This document shows positions 44,501-56,500 of a stretch of DNA of 59,637 nucleotides, piece by piece. Position 1 is the stretch's first letter, and every line of letters starts with the position of its first letter. The notes under the pieces were generated by a model that saw only the letters and a list, made by a program, of their open reading frames with translations, searched no databases and had not been told where the DNA came from. Source of the DNA: a virus (lineage: Duplodnaviria > Caudoviricetes); the IMG/VR virus record IMGVR_UViG_3300048583_000219, positions 1-59,637 of that record. The stretch is one strand, 5' to 3'. The translations under genes and the position numbers were made by a program.

Positions 44501-47500
44501 CCCCCGCCCCGGATGGTTTCCACGGCGCTTGCCACCCTCGACCCGCAGGCCAAGGCACCGGACCCCGCGGAAGTCGCAGCCGCCCGCAAGCTCGTCGCGC
44601 CAAGCGTGGCACCGCTCAAGGCAATCGAAACCCTGCGCACGGATCACGAAGCCGCCATCAAGGCAAAGGACTACACCGGAGCGGCCAAGATCGACGAGGA
44701 AATCAACAGGACTTTCACCGAAGCACAAACAGCGGATGCGAAGGATGCCGCGGAAGCAGTGCTTCTCACCCGCGAGCTTGCCGGACTCGAAGAACAGGCC
44801 GCAAGCGACGTTTGGCAGGCGAATCAAGACCTCAACGCCGCCCGCGCCACTGGCGACAAGCAGGCGATCGCAGCGGCGGAAGTCGCGCTTGAACAGGTCC
44901 AGCAAGCCGCCCCGAACGTGCCGCTTGCCCGTGCTGCCGTGAAACTCGCCACGGGTCTAAGCCCTGCCGCTCTTACCGATGCGGAACTCCGCGCCGTGGG
45001 CTACAAACCCAGCGAGGGAGGTCCGCCCGTGCCGATGAGTCCGAAGGAACTGGCAGACAGTGGACTTACCAAGCCGCTGGTCCGCTTCGATTCGGCGGAC
45101 GGATCGCCAATCCTTCTCGACGAGGCCCGCGCCCAGGTCGCGCAAACCTCCGCCTTGGCCGGAAACCGCATCAAGCTCGGTGAACAGGCTGCCATGGAGG
45201 CCGCGCAAGCCCGCGTCGATGCTGCCCAACCCTCACCCACCGCACCCAATGAGCAAGACCCGCAAGGAACACACGGACCGCAAGCCACTCCGCAAGATTC
45301 ACAACCCGCACCCGCCAACCCGAACGCACCGGGTGGAGGATATGGAACTGACCAACGAACCGCTACGTCCGGAACCGAGGCGAAGAAACGGAAAGTTGGA
45401 GAGGGAGGCACGACGGGCAGCACGGCAGGAGCGTCCGGGGCTGCCGTAGAGGCTGGCATTTACGAGTCCGCCCGCGCCGTGGATCCGTCCTTGCCGGAAA
45501 TTCCTGCCCGAGTGGCGGCAGCGTTCCAAGCTGGCGAACCGGTTTCCGTCTCGATGCAGAAAGCCAGCGGGATCGACGTGCCGGAGGGCTACACGCGCCA
45601 AGGGAACGTGTGGACCCCTCCGGACGGACAAACCGTGTCCAAACCCGGACAAACCGTGTCGGAAGCGCCTGCTGGACTCGCACAAGCCGCCAAGGTGGCG
45701 GAATCCGTCAAGGCTGCCGTCATCAAGGCCATGCCCGCCCTGAAAGGCCGGATCGAGATTTCCCAAACGGGCGAGGACGGCGGCGGCGCGGACCTGCTCA
45801 TTGAGTCCGGAGTCATCCGCCTGAACATCCCAGCCATCCAGCGGGCGATCACCCGCGCCGGCGGGGACGTGGCTGCGGTCACGGAATATCTGGAAACCAT
45901 CGTGGCGAGGCATGAGGCGGTTCACGTTGTGCAGACGGAAGCCATCCGCGAGGAATGGAAAGCCGCGGGAAGCCCCGGCGAGTTCATGGACTTCTACCGG
46001 TCCTTCTATGAAGACCTCGCGGGGGAACTGCTCACCCCGGAAGCGGTCAAAGCCGCCCGCCGCATCTACGGCAAGGACAAGAAGACCGGAGAATGGCACT
46101 TCGACAAGATCCCGACCGACTACCAGAAAGCCGCGGAGTTCACGCGGATGCTCGTCGAGGCCAAACTTGACGGCAACACCGAGGCATTCTCGGAACTGTT
46201 CCGCGCCGTCAAGACCCAGGGGGCACGTTCGAAGCTCGCCAAGCTCATCCGCAAGGCGGTCGAGATCCTGACCGGCATGAAGCTCTCGCCCGCGGCGGAA
46301 GCGCACGTTGCCAAGCTCAAGGAACTGTATGCGGAACTCAGCGCCCCGGCAGAAAATGCACAAAAACCGCAAGGAAAGGCCGAATCTGCGGAAAAACCTG
46401 CAATTTCCGGCCTCCGCATCGAAACCAGCGGCAAAACCGCCCGCGTTCTCAACGGGACGGAAGTCCTGTGGGAAGGTCCGGCGGATCAGGCGCAAGCCGA
46501 GCTTGCCAGCCTCAAAGCGGCTCAAGCCTCCCCTATGTTCCTCACCGGGACCGCCATCAAGTCCGCTTTGGAGCGCTTCCCGCGCCTCGGCGGCAAGCTC
46601 CGCGCCGAACTCGAAGCCGCGGCGGATGAAGTCACGGACGCGATCGAAGCCCTGCCCGCCGGTGAACGTGCCCAGGCAGCCGAACAGGCAATTGCGGACC
46701 GGATCAACCTGATCGCGGACAGGGAAGGGGAGCGCACCGGCAAGAAGCGGGAGGAAATCATCGAGGGATTCCGCGCCGTGGCAGGCAAGCGGGCCGCCAA
46801 GCAGGCCGCCAGCATCGAGCAAGCGGTGATCGGCAGCGAAGCCCCGGAAGTTCCCGCGGGCAAGCCAGAGCGCCGCGACACGCCCAATTCCGAAATGACC
46901 GTTGATGTCGTATCAACGTATCTTGATATTTCCCAACTCGTCGGATCGTCGGACCCGCTCTTTCCCGGTGGGGCACTGCAACCGCGCAACCGCGCCGGAC
47001 AGGCCAGCCAGAACCAGCGGGAGGAAATGGTTCAGAACATCCGCGACAAGGACAACCAACATCGGCGCTACATCGAGGGTGCAACCACGGATTCAGGCCG
47101 GATGGTCGTCGCGCCGCTCTTCGGGGCGGACGGCAAGCACATGACCAACGAGGCGGGCAAGCCGATGTTCTACGTCCTGTCCGGCAATGGCCGGCGCAAT
47201 GCGCTCCAAGAAGCCGCTACGCGAAAAGTAGCTGCCAAGGTCACTGCCGGTTTCCGCGAGACTGCCGCGGCCGAAGGGATCGACGTGGAGGGCATGACCC
47301 TGCCGGTTCCAGTGTCCGTCTTCGTGCCGAAGAGCGCCAAGGAGGCGATCGATCTGGCGGAATACTCGAACCGTGACGCGCAACTCTCTGTTTCGAACAC
47401 CGAACAGGCCAACCGGGACGCTGCCAGCATCGAAAAGGCCAAGATTCTCAAGTTGTGGGAGCCGGACGCCACCGGAGACGCTGGAGCGGCCTCCAACCGG

Positions 47501-50500
47501 GACTTCGTGAAAGCCTTTGCCCGTGCCGTGGGCGACGAGGGGATCATCGACAACCGCGGGGCGCTCACCGACGAGGGCGCGAAGCGGATCGAGCGGGCCA
47601 TGGTGGCGATGCTGCTCGGTCCCGAACAGGCTCCGCTCTTGGACATGCTCTTCAACCGGTCCGGTGCCCTCGGGCTGCGCGCCATTCTCGGCGGTGTGGC
47701 ATCGGAAAGCGGTTCCCTGCTCAAACTGGCGGCATCGAAGCCGGATTTCGACCTGTCACCGGTCTTGGCGGATGCCCTACGCACGGCGGTCGAGGCCAAG
47801 CAATCGCTCGCCAACGGGGAAATCCGCGACGTGGGCGAGTTCTTCGACCAGGGGAATCTATTCGAAACAACCGAAATGACACCGGAGCGGCAGCTTGCCC
47901 GCGCCATTGTGGAAAGCCGGAGCCGCAGGGCCATCCGCGACATTCTCGGTGCATACCGTCGCGGCGCGGAAGCGGTGGACACCGGCACCATGTCGATGTT
48001 TGCGGAAGCGGAGACCACCCGCGAGGATCTGATTCTAAAAGCGCTCGAAGCGCGACCCATCGAGCAAGTGATTGCGGAAGTGGAAGCGGAGTTCGGGAAT
48101 CAGTCGGATTTAGCCCGGAAGCTGAAAGTCGGCGTGCCGGCCATCAAGAAGCTGGACCCAGGCCAGCGGCGCGAGTTCGTGGCGGCCGTCAACGCAGAGG
48201 TTGACCGGCTGCGCTCCGGCTCCGTGTCCGCGGAAGAGTGGCAGAAGCTCAATCCGGATGCCCTGAGCGCCAAGGCGGCGCTCTTCCAGCGCTTCCTCGA
48301 TTCACACACGGCGGACACCATCGCCAGCGGCTTCAACCGCCTGCTGTCCCGCCCGGTGCAAGCGGTGTTGGGATCGAGTCCGGCGACCGCACAGGACTAT
48401 CTCGACGCTTTCAAAACCCTGTTCTATGAGAAGTTGCCCAAAGCGGACCTGAAAGACGTTCCAGAAATCAGCGCCAACCCGATCGAACTGCTGCGGGAAA
48501 TCAAGCATCTGGTCGGTGTCACCTTCAACGGGCTGCAAGCCGACCGGCCGGCGGAGACGCTTGGATCATCACCCGCCGCGTCCGTCGTCCCCGATGACTT
48601 CCAGATGTTCCAGCCGGAGTCTGGAACGCTCGGCATCCCGCGCAAGAACATGCCGCAGATCAAGATGCGCAACCGCGAGGCGTTCATGGAATACCTCGAC
48701 GAGAAGGGGATTTCCCATCGAAGCGAAAGCGTGTCCCCGGACAGCATTAAGCCGGTGCAAGCGGAGTTCTCACCGTTCCTTGCCAACCGCGCGAAAGGCA
48801 TCGACTTCCATCGCGCCCTGTTCATTTCCTCGGACAATCATCTTCTCGACGGACATCACCAGTGGCTTGCACAGGCGGACCGCCCCACGGTGGACGTGAT
48901 CCGGATCGACGCGCCGGCCCGCAAGGCATTGGGGCTGATGTTCCAATTCCCGCTCGTGGAGAAATCCGCAGGATCGGCCACCTTGGGATCAAGCCCCGCG
49001 GAAGACCTTCAAGCCGCGGCGAAAGAGTTTGAGGAAGTGCTTGCGAAATACAAACGCGAGGCAGGCCCGCAGGAGTCAGAGCAACAGGTGTTCGACCGTT
49101 TGCGCGACCAGTTCGGAAACGAGAAGGTCGAGGCCACCATTGCCAAGTATGAAGAGCGCTTTGCAAAGCTGGCACCCTTCAAAGAGTCATTCGATGATAC
49201 TCTCCGAGAAATCTCAAAAAACCACGGGGCGGAACCATTGCTTGCACCATTGAAAGGCCGCAAGCGTGGTGTCGAAAAGGCTTTGATTGAATACGGCGGA
49301 CGAGTCTCGCGCATGGGCGACATCGTGCGCGGTTCCATCGTGGCAGATACCATTTATGAAGTGGATGCCATCGCGCAGGAGATTCACCGCCGATGGGAAG
49401 GCAAGATCAAGAAGTTTGAAAACCGGTTCACTCCGCCTCTGCCAAGTGGTTATTCCGATATGATATTCCATGTGGAAATCGCGGACGGTGTGGTTGCAGA
49501 GGTGCAGATTCACATACCGGAAATGCTGCGCGCCAAGGAAGAGGCGGGGCACTTGCTGTATGAGGAATATCGCCGCATCAAGAAAGACCCTGCGAAAAAA
49601 GAGCGCACCATCGAACTCAGCGAACAAATGCTGGAGGTTTATTCGTCAGCGGCAAAGCTGGCAATCGCCCGCGCCAATGCCTTGTCGAAGTCGGCGGGGG
49701 AAACCTCCCTTTCGTATGCCAACTTCATCGCAGTCTTCTCCGACACCGGAACAGGCTTGCCGGTGAAGAGTCCCACGGGGGGGGCATTGGGAGGATCGGC
49801 AATAGGCACGTCTTCCACATCGAAGAACTTGGTGCCTGGTGGGAAATCGGAAGCTCTCATTACGCTTCCTAATACAAAAATCGGTGGTTCAGATCAAGAC
49901 ATTTCTGGTAATTCTAAAAAAATTCTTGGGTCTTCGACCGCCCCGGAGGCGTATGTTCGACTGACCAAAGGCGACAACGGCAACGACCTACTCACTCCCA
50001 CCACGTCCCAAGAGTTTTGGGCGAAACGGAATCCAAAGGCCGCGGCAGCACTCCGCAAGGTGATCGACCGCCATGCGACGGAGAAAGGCTATTTGGCGGA
50101 CAAGTATCTGCACGGCACACCAGGCAACAACCAAGCTATCGCGGACGAATCAGAGAAGAATGATCCCAACATGATCCGGGGCTATGAAGGCACAGCCCCC
50201 GGCGACTTCGATGTTTTCGACTCCGCCAAAACCAAGGGCGGCATGGGACTGCATTTTTTCACAAAGGAAAAGGCGTGGGCAGAATACTTCACGGGGCTCG
50301 AAGACACCAACAACCGCGCGCCAGGCGGCTATCGCTTCATTCCTGCATATCTTCGGATTCGTAAGGCGTGGGACATTGCCAACCCTGAACATCGGCAGTT
50401 GATCGAGGATTTGATTCCGGAAAATCAACGCGGCGAAGTCTTGGCGGGGCAATATGGTTGGATGCCGGTGGAGACACCGGATGTCATTGCCCGAATCAAA

Positions 50501-53500
50501 AGCCTTGGATTCGACGCAGTTCGCCTCAAGGAAGCCGACACGGAAGGGTGGGACGCGGAGGGCTATGACACTGTGGCGGTGTTTGACTCCCGCCAGATCA
50601 AAGACGCCTCGCTTGTGACCTTCGATGCTGCCGGCAACATCATCCCGCCCGCGCAACGATTTAACGATTCCAATCCGTCGATTCTCTATTCCTCCCCGGT
50701 CGCGGAACTCGACCTGTTCGGAGCCGTCGAAGAACGCATTTCCGGCCCGCGCGCCAAGGTGAAGCGCAACGCCGCGGAAACGCTCCGCAAGGCACCGGAG
50801 GCCGCCAAGCAGAACGTCGCCAAAGCCATCGCCAAAGCGGAAGGACTGGCGGACCTCGACCTGTTCGCAGCCGCAGCGGTTTCCAATCTTGACGCGAAGC
50901 CTCGCCGGGGTGAGAGTGTGCCAGATGCAAGCGACCTTCTCGGCGGAACTCGTGGCACCGGCACTCGCAGGGCTGACGGAAACGCAGCTTCGCAACCTGG
51001 TCGATCAAAAGACGTTCGGGACGTGGCTGGAGAAGATGACGACCTCTTCGGATTTGCCGGGAATCGCCCCGGACTCTCCGGAGGCGGGCGAGGCGGCAAC
51101 AGCAACGGCCAACTCGGAACAGACGGCAGCGGACTTGCTGGCGACACTGACGGAGGAACAGCGGGAGGAAGCGGCGAGGCTGGCGTATCTGGCAATCGGC
51201 CCGTCCGCGGAGAACGAGATTCTGGCGCTGACGTAATCGAGCTTGGCTCCGATGGACTGCCGGCGGAAGTGCCGGTTCCGGAGAATGAAGCGGACCGCAA
51301 TGCGCGGATCGACCCGCGGGAAAACCTCGCGCCGAAAGGGCAGGCTTCCAAGATCAAGGCCAACTTCGAGGTGATCGAATTGTTGCGCCTGCTGCAAGCG
51401 GAAGGCCGCAACCCGACCGAAGCCGAAAAGCGCACACTGCTGACTTATTCCGGCTGGGGACACTCGAAAGGCGCTTTCGACGACGCCAAGGCGGAAGCCT
51501 TCGCCCGAGTTTCCGACAACGGCGATCCTGATGCCTACTACAACCGCATGTGGCGGACGATGCCGCGCGACCAGTTCAAGCGGAACTACAACACCCGATC
51601 AAAAGACCGCCAAGGCAACGAGTCGCCTTCCATTTTCGAACTCTACTCGTGGAATGAGAAGTGGGGCGAAACTCACCGGGAACTGAAAGAGCGCCTGAGC
51701 GAGGCGGAATACAAGGCCGCCAACCGTTCAATCCTAAACGCCCACTACACCACGCCGGAAATCATCGATGCGCAATGGCGCATGGTCGAAAAGCTCGGGT
51801 TCAAGGGCGGGCGCGTACTCGAGCCGGGAGCCGGCATCGGTCACTACATCGGCACTCAGCCGGAGCGCCTGGCAGCCCGGTCGATCTGGTCCGCGGTGGA
51901 ACTCGACAAGGTGACATCGCAGATTCTCGCCCTGCTGTATCCGCAAGTGCGGGTGAACTCTGTATCCTCCGCGGAAGGTCGGGAAGTGACCGGCCAAGGC
52001 TTCGAGGAAGCGCTGATTCCGAACAACTCGCAAGACCTCGTGATTTCCAACGTGCCGTTCCACGAGAAAGGCCCGTGGCAGTCGCAGAAGGAATACAAGC
52101 AGGAGTTAAACCTTCACAACTACTTCTTCGCCCGCGCCCTGGACAAGGTGAAGCCGGGGGGATTGATCTGCTTCATCACCTCGTCCTCGACGATGGAGAA
52201 CAACGCCCGCCAGCGGGCATTCCTCGCATCAAAGGGCGATCTGGTCGCCGCGGTGCGCCTGCCGAACAATGCCTTCAAGGAAAATGCCGGCACGGAAGTC
52301 ACCACCGACATCATCATCATGCGCAAGCCGGATGGCCGCAAGGTGGAGTCTCATGCGTGGATGGAGACCCGCACGGTCGGACGCGACAAGGTGCGCTTGG
52401 AACGCGGGGATCAAACCGCCGTCCAATACCTCAAGGGGATTCATCCGGAAACGACATGGCTGGATGCAACCTTGGATGCCGCGCGCGCCGCATGGGTGGA
52501 AGCCCGCCGGGAGCGCGAGGCTATCAAGGACGGCAAGGAGCTTGCCGCGGAACGAAAAGCCGCGGATGAAGTGACATCGGCCGCATGGAAATCCTACGTC
52601 GCTGCCTTCGAGCGTGCCGAACAGGCCGCCCCGTCGTGGAAACTGGAAGCGGAGGTTCCCATCCGCGTGAACGAATACTTCGCCAACAACCCGGCGAATG
52701 CCTTCGGCAAGCACTCGCTGGCCGGATCGATGTATCGGGCGGACGAATACACGCTGGAACCGGACCCGGAGGGCGGCACGCTCACCGAGCGCTTCGAGGC
52801 TGTGATTGAAAGCCTTCCGGAAAACATCACCGGCCAGGGCAGCACGATCAAGCTCGCCACCGCGAAGGACATGGAGCGCGGAGACAAGCCTTTCTCGTTC
52901 GTCGAGCGGGATGGGAAGTTCTGGCAAGTGATGAAAGACCGCCTCGAACCGGTCGAGTGGTCGAGTCAGGAAATCATGGTGTTCCGGTCATGGGCAGGCG
53001 TGCGGAATGCCGTGCGCGAACTGGTCGCCGCCGAACTGGACCCGACCGCCGCCACCGATGAACTTGCGGACCTGCGCAAGGCACTCAACGAGGCATACGG
53101 TCGCCACATCGGCCTTTACGGACCGATTTCCAAGACGGGCCGCGGCGCGAAGCACGATCACCTTGCCGAAGACCCGGATTTTCCTCTCACGCTCGCCTTG
53201 GAGACGGAAGAGCGGTACACCGACAAGAAGGGCAAGCCCGCCGTGCGCTACCTCAAGGCGGACATTTTCCGCACGCGCATGAACAAGCCGCTGATTCCCC
53301 CGACCACGGCGGAAACCACGGAAGAGGCGCTTACCAACTCGCTCGTCTGGATCGGCTATCCAAACGTGCCCTACATGGCGAAACTGCTCGGCAAGCCGGT
53401 GGAACAGGTCGAGGCGGATCTGGTCGAATCGGAACTGGCGTTCATGGACCCGGTGAGCGGGCAATACTCCATCCGTGATTCCTACCTGTCCGGATTCGTG

Positions 53501-56500
53501 CAAGGGAAGCTCGATACCGCCCGCGAGGCTGCGAAAGAAGACCCGGCTTTCAACCGCAACGTGAAAGCGCTGGAAGCCGCCCTGCCGGAGCGCAAGGGCA
53601 TTGCCGCCATCGGCGTGTCGATGAATGCGCCGTGGCTGCCGCGGGAAGTTCTCGCCGGATACCTCGAAAGCATCGGACTGGCGGAGGCGAAGGTTGAATA
53701 CAACGCCGCTGCAAATATCTGGTCGGTCTTCGGTGTGGGCAATTCGGATAGGTTCATGCTCAACGGTGGCACTACCGACGACGGAATCAGTTACAAGGGA
53801 ATTGCTACGGTCGAACTGGTTCAGCACGCCTTGGAAATGACGGACCCGGATGTGACCGGGACCATCGGCACCGGCAAGGACAAGCGCACGGTTCCTTATC
53901 CGGCTGGCAACGCCTTGGCAAAGACCAAGATGAACCAGATGAAGGAGGATTTCGTCAAGTGGGTCAAAACCACGGACGCGATGATCGGGGATCAGGCGGT
54001 TCAGGACATCGTGGTGAACTCCTTCAACGAAAAGGCCAACGGGCACGTCCCTCCTTCTTTCGAGGGTAAGCACATCACGCTTCCCGGTGCGTCGGAGGAA
54101 GTCTATCGCACGGGCATCCGCCGCGGGGCCATCGCCCGCATGCTGGATCAAGGCGCGGGCATGATCGCGCACGGGGTTGGTTTCGGGAAGACTTACACGC
54201 TCATTGGACTGGCGATGGAGTTGAAGCGCCTCGGCAAGGCCAACCGGCCGATGATTACCGTCGAGAACGCCACCCTCCAACAGTTCGCCGCCTCGTTCCG
54301 CGTGGCATATCCGCAGGCGAAACTCTTGGTTGCGGATTCCAAGTCATTCGAGGGCAAGAACCGCCGGCGCTTCATCGCCCGCATCGCTACCGGGGATTAC
54401 GATGCGATTGTGATGGCACACTCGCAGTTCAACCTCATCGCCAATCATCCGGACGTGGTGAACAGCTACATTGACGAACAGGTTGCGGAACTTGAAGCCG
54501 CCCGCGCCCTCACGGATTCCGCAGACCGCCGCGCGGTGGCCGCCTTGGAAACCGCCAAGATCAACTTGGAGAACTCCCGCAAGAAGATGCTCGATAGCCT
54601 GGCGAAGCGCCAAGACCTCGGCCTTTATTGGGAGAATTTGGGAGTCGATGCCCTGCTGGTGGACGAAGCCCACCGGTTCAAGAACGCGCCCATCATCACG
54701 CGCATGCGCAATCTCAAGAACCTGCCCACCGGCACGCCGTCACAACGCGCGATCGGCATGGTTCTCAAGACCCGCTCGGTGCAGAACCGGATGGCCGGCC
54801 GCGGCGTGTATTTCGCCACCGGCACGCCGATTTCCAACTCCATCGCGGAATCATACATCATGATCCGCTACACGAATCCCAACCTGCTCCTGGAGCAAGG
54901 GATTGAGAACTTCGACCAGTTCGCCGCGCAATACTGCACGAGCACCACGCAGGTAGAATCCAACTGGAAGGGCAAGATTTCCTCGGAAACCCGGTTCTCA
55001 CGCTACATCAACGGCGATGCACTGATGAACCTCGTGGCTTCCTCGTGGGACATCAAGATTGATCCGGATCTTGCGGGCATCAAGCGCCCCACCGTTAAGG
55101 GCGGCGGACCGGAATCCATCCTTGTCGAGCCGGGTCCGGCCAATCAGGCGTTCAACGCATGGGTGACGAACACCATCGCCGCGCAATGGGACGATCCGGC
55201 GTACTGGCAAAGCCTTGGCGGACGCAAGCAGGCACTCGAAGACGATCCATGGCTTTCCGCCGTGCCGATTATGACGATGCAGGCCGGCATTGCCGCGGCG
55301 CTCGATGTCCGCATGGTGGACCCGAACGCGCCGGACTTCGAGAATAGCAAGGTCAACACCGCGGTCCGCAAGACGGTGGAACTCTACAAGGAGTCCAACG
55401 ACCGCCTTGGAGCGCAAGCGGTGTTTGTCGATCTGCAAGGGGATTTCTCCATGGATCACCTTTTAACCTTCGCCGGAGACCCCGGCTTGTCCGAAAAGGG
55501 ACTGGAACCGCCCGAACTCGATAGCGAGGGCAATGCAGTGCATGAGAAGAAGGGCAAGAAAAAGCGCCAGTTCGACATTTACAACGACATCCGGGACAAG
55601 CTCGTGGCGGCCAAGATTCCCAAGTCGGAAATCGGCATGGTCCGCGCCGGAATGTCCAAGGACGCACGCGCCGAACTCTTCGAGAAGGTCAACGCCGGCC
55701 AAGTCCGCATTATCATCGGATCATCCGATACGATGGGCGTTGGCGTGAACATCCAAGAGCGCCTTTTTGCCGCGCATCACCTCATGCCGCCGCGGGACTT
55801 CAAGCCATCGGCCATGGAACAGCGCAATGGTCGTATCCTGCGCCAAGGCAACCAGCATTACGATTTGGAAGTGGAGGCGTTCGTGGAAACCGCGGAGCGC
55901 GAGACCGGCCAGAAATTCCGCAAGGAAAGCCGGGGCCGCCAAGTGCCGGACCTCGATGCGGCGAAAGCCGCCCTCGAAGGCAATGCGGACGCTCTTGCCA
56001 AGGCGGAAGCCGCCGCGGAGAAGTATCACATCCGCATCCTCGAATACGGCATGGAAAAGTCCATCGACTCCGCCATGTATTCGATGATGGTCGCCAAGCT
56101 GCTCGGCTTCAACCAAGTGCTCACCGGCAACGGCGGCAACTCGTTTGAAGATCCCTCGGACGCGATCACGATGAACATGGCGGAAATGGCCGCCCGCACC
56201 ATCGGAGACCCGCTCTTGATCCGCCTCGTGGAACTGGAACGCGATGTTCGCTCGCTGGAACTGGAATATCGCGGTTGGCAGGACGATGTTTCGAGCGCCC
56301 GCGAGACACTTCGCCGCACCCGCAGCGACATCCGTTGGTATGAAACCCGCATGGAGGAAACCGAGCGTTATGCCGAAGTAGTCGGCAAGGTGGATTCCAA
56401 TGATGAAGCCTTCGCCGTGTGGGAGTTTGGCGGCAAGACGATCGACCGCAACAAGCCGAAGGATGCTCCGAAAGGCTGGCAACAGCCGAAGATCACCGAA

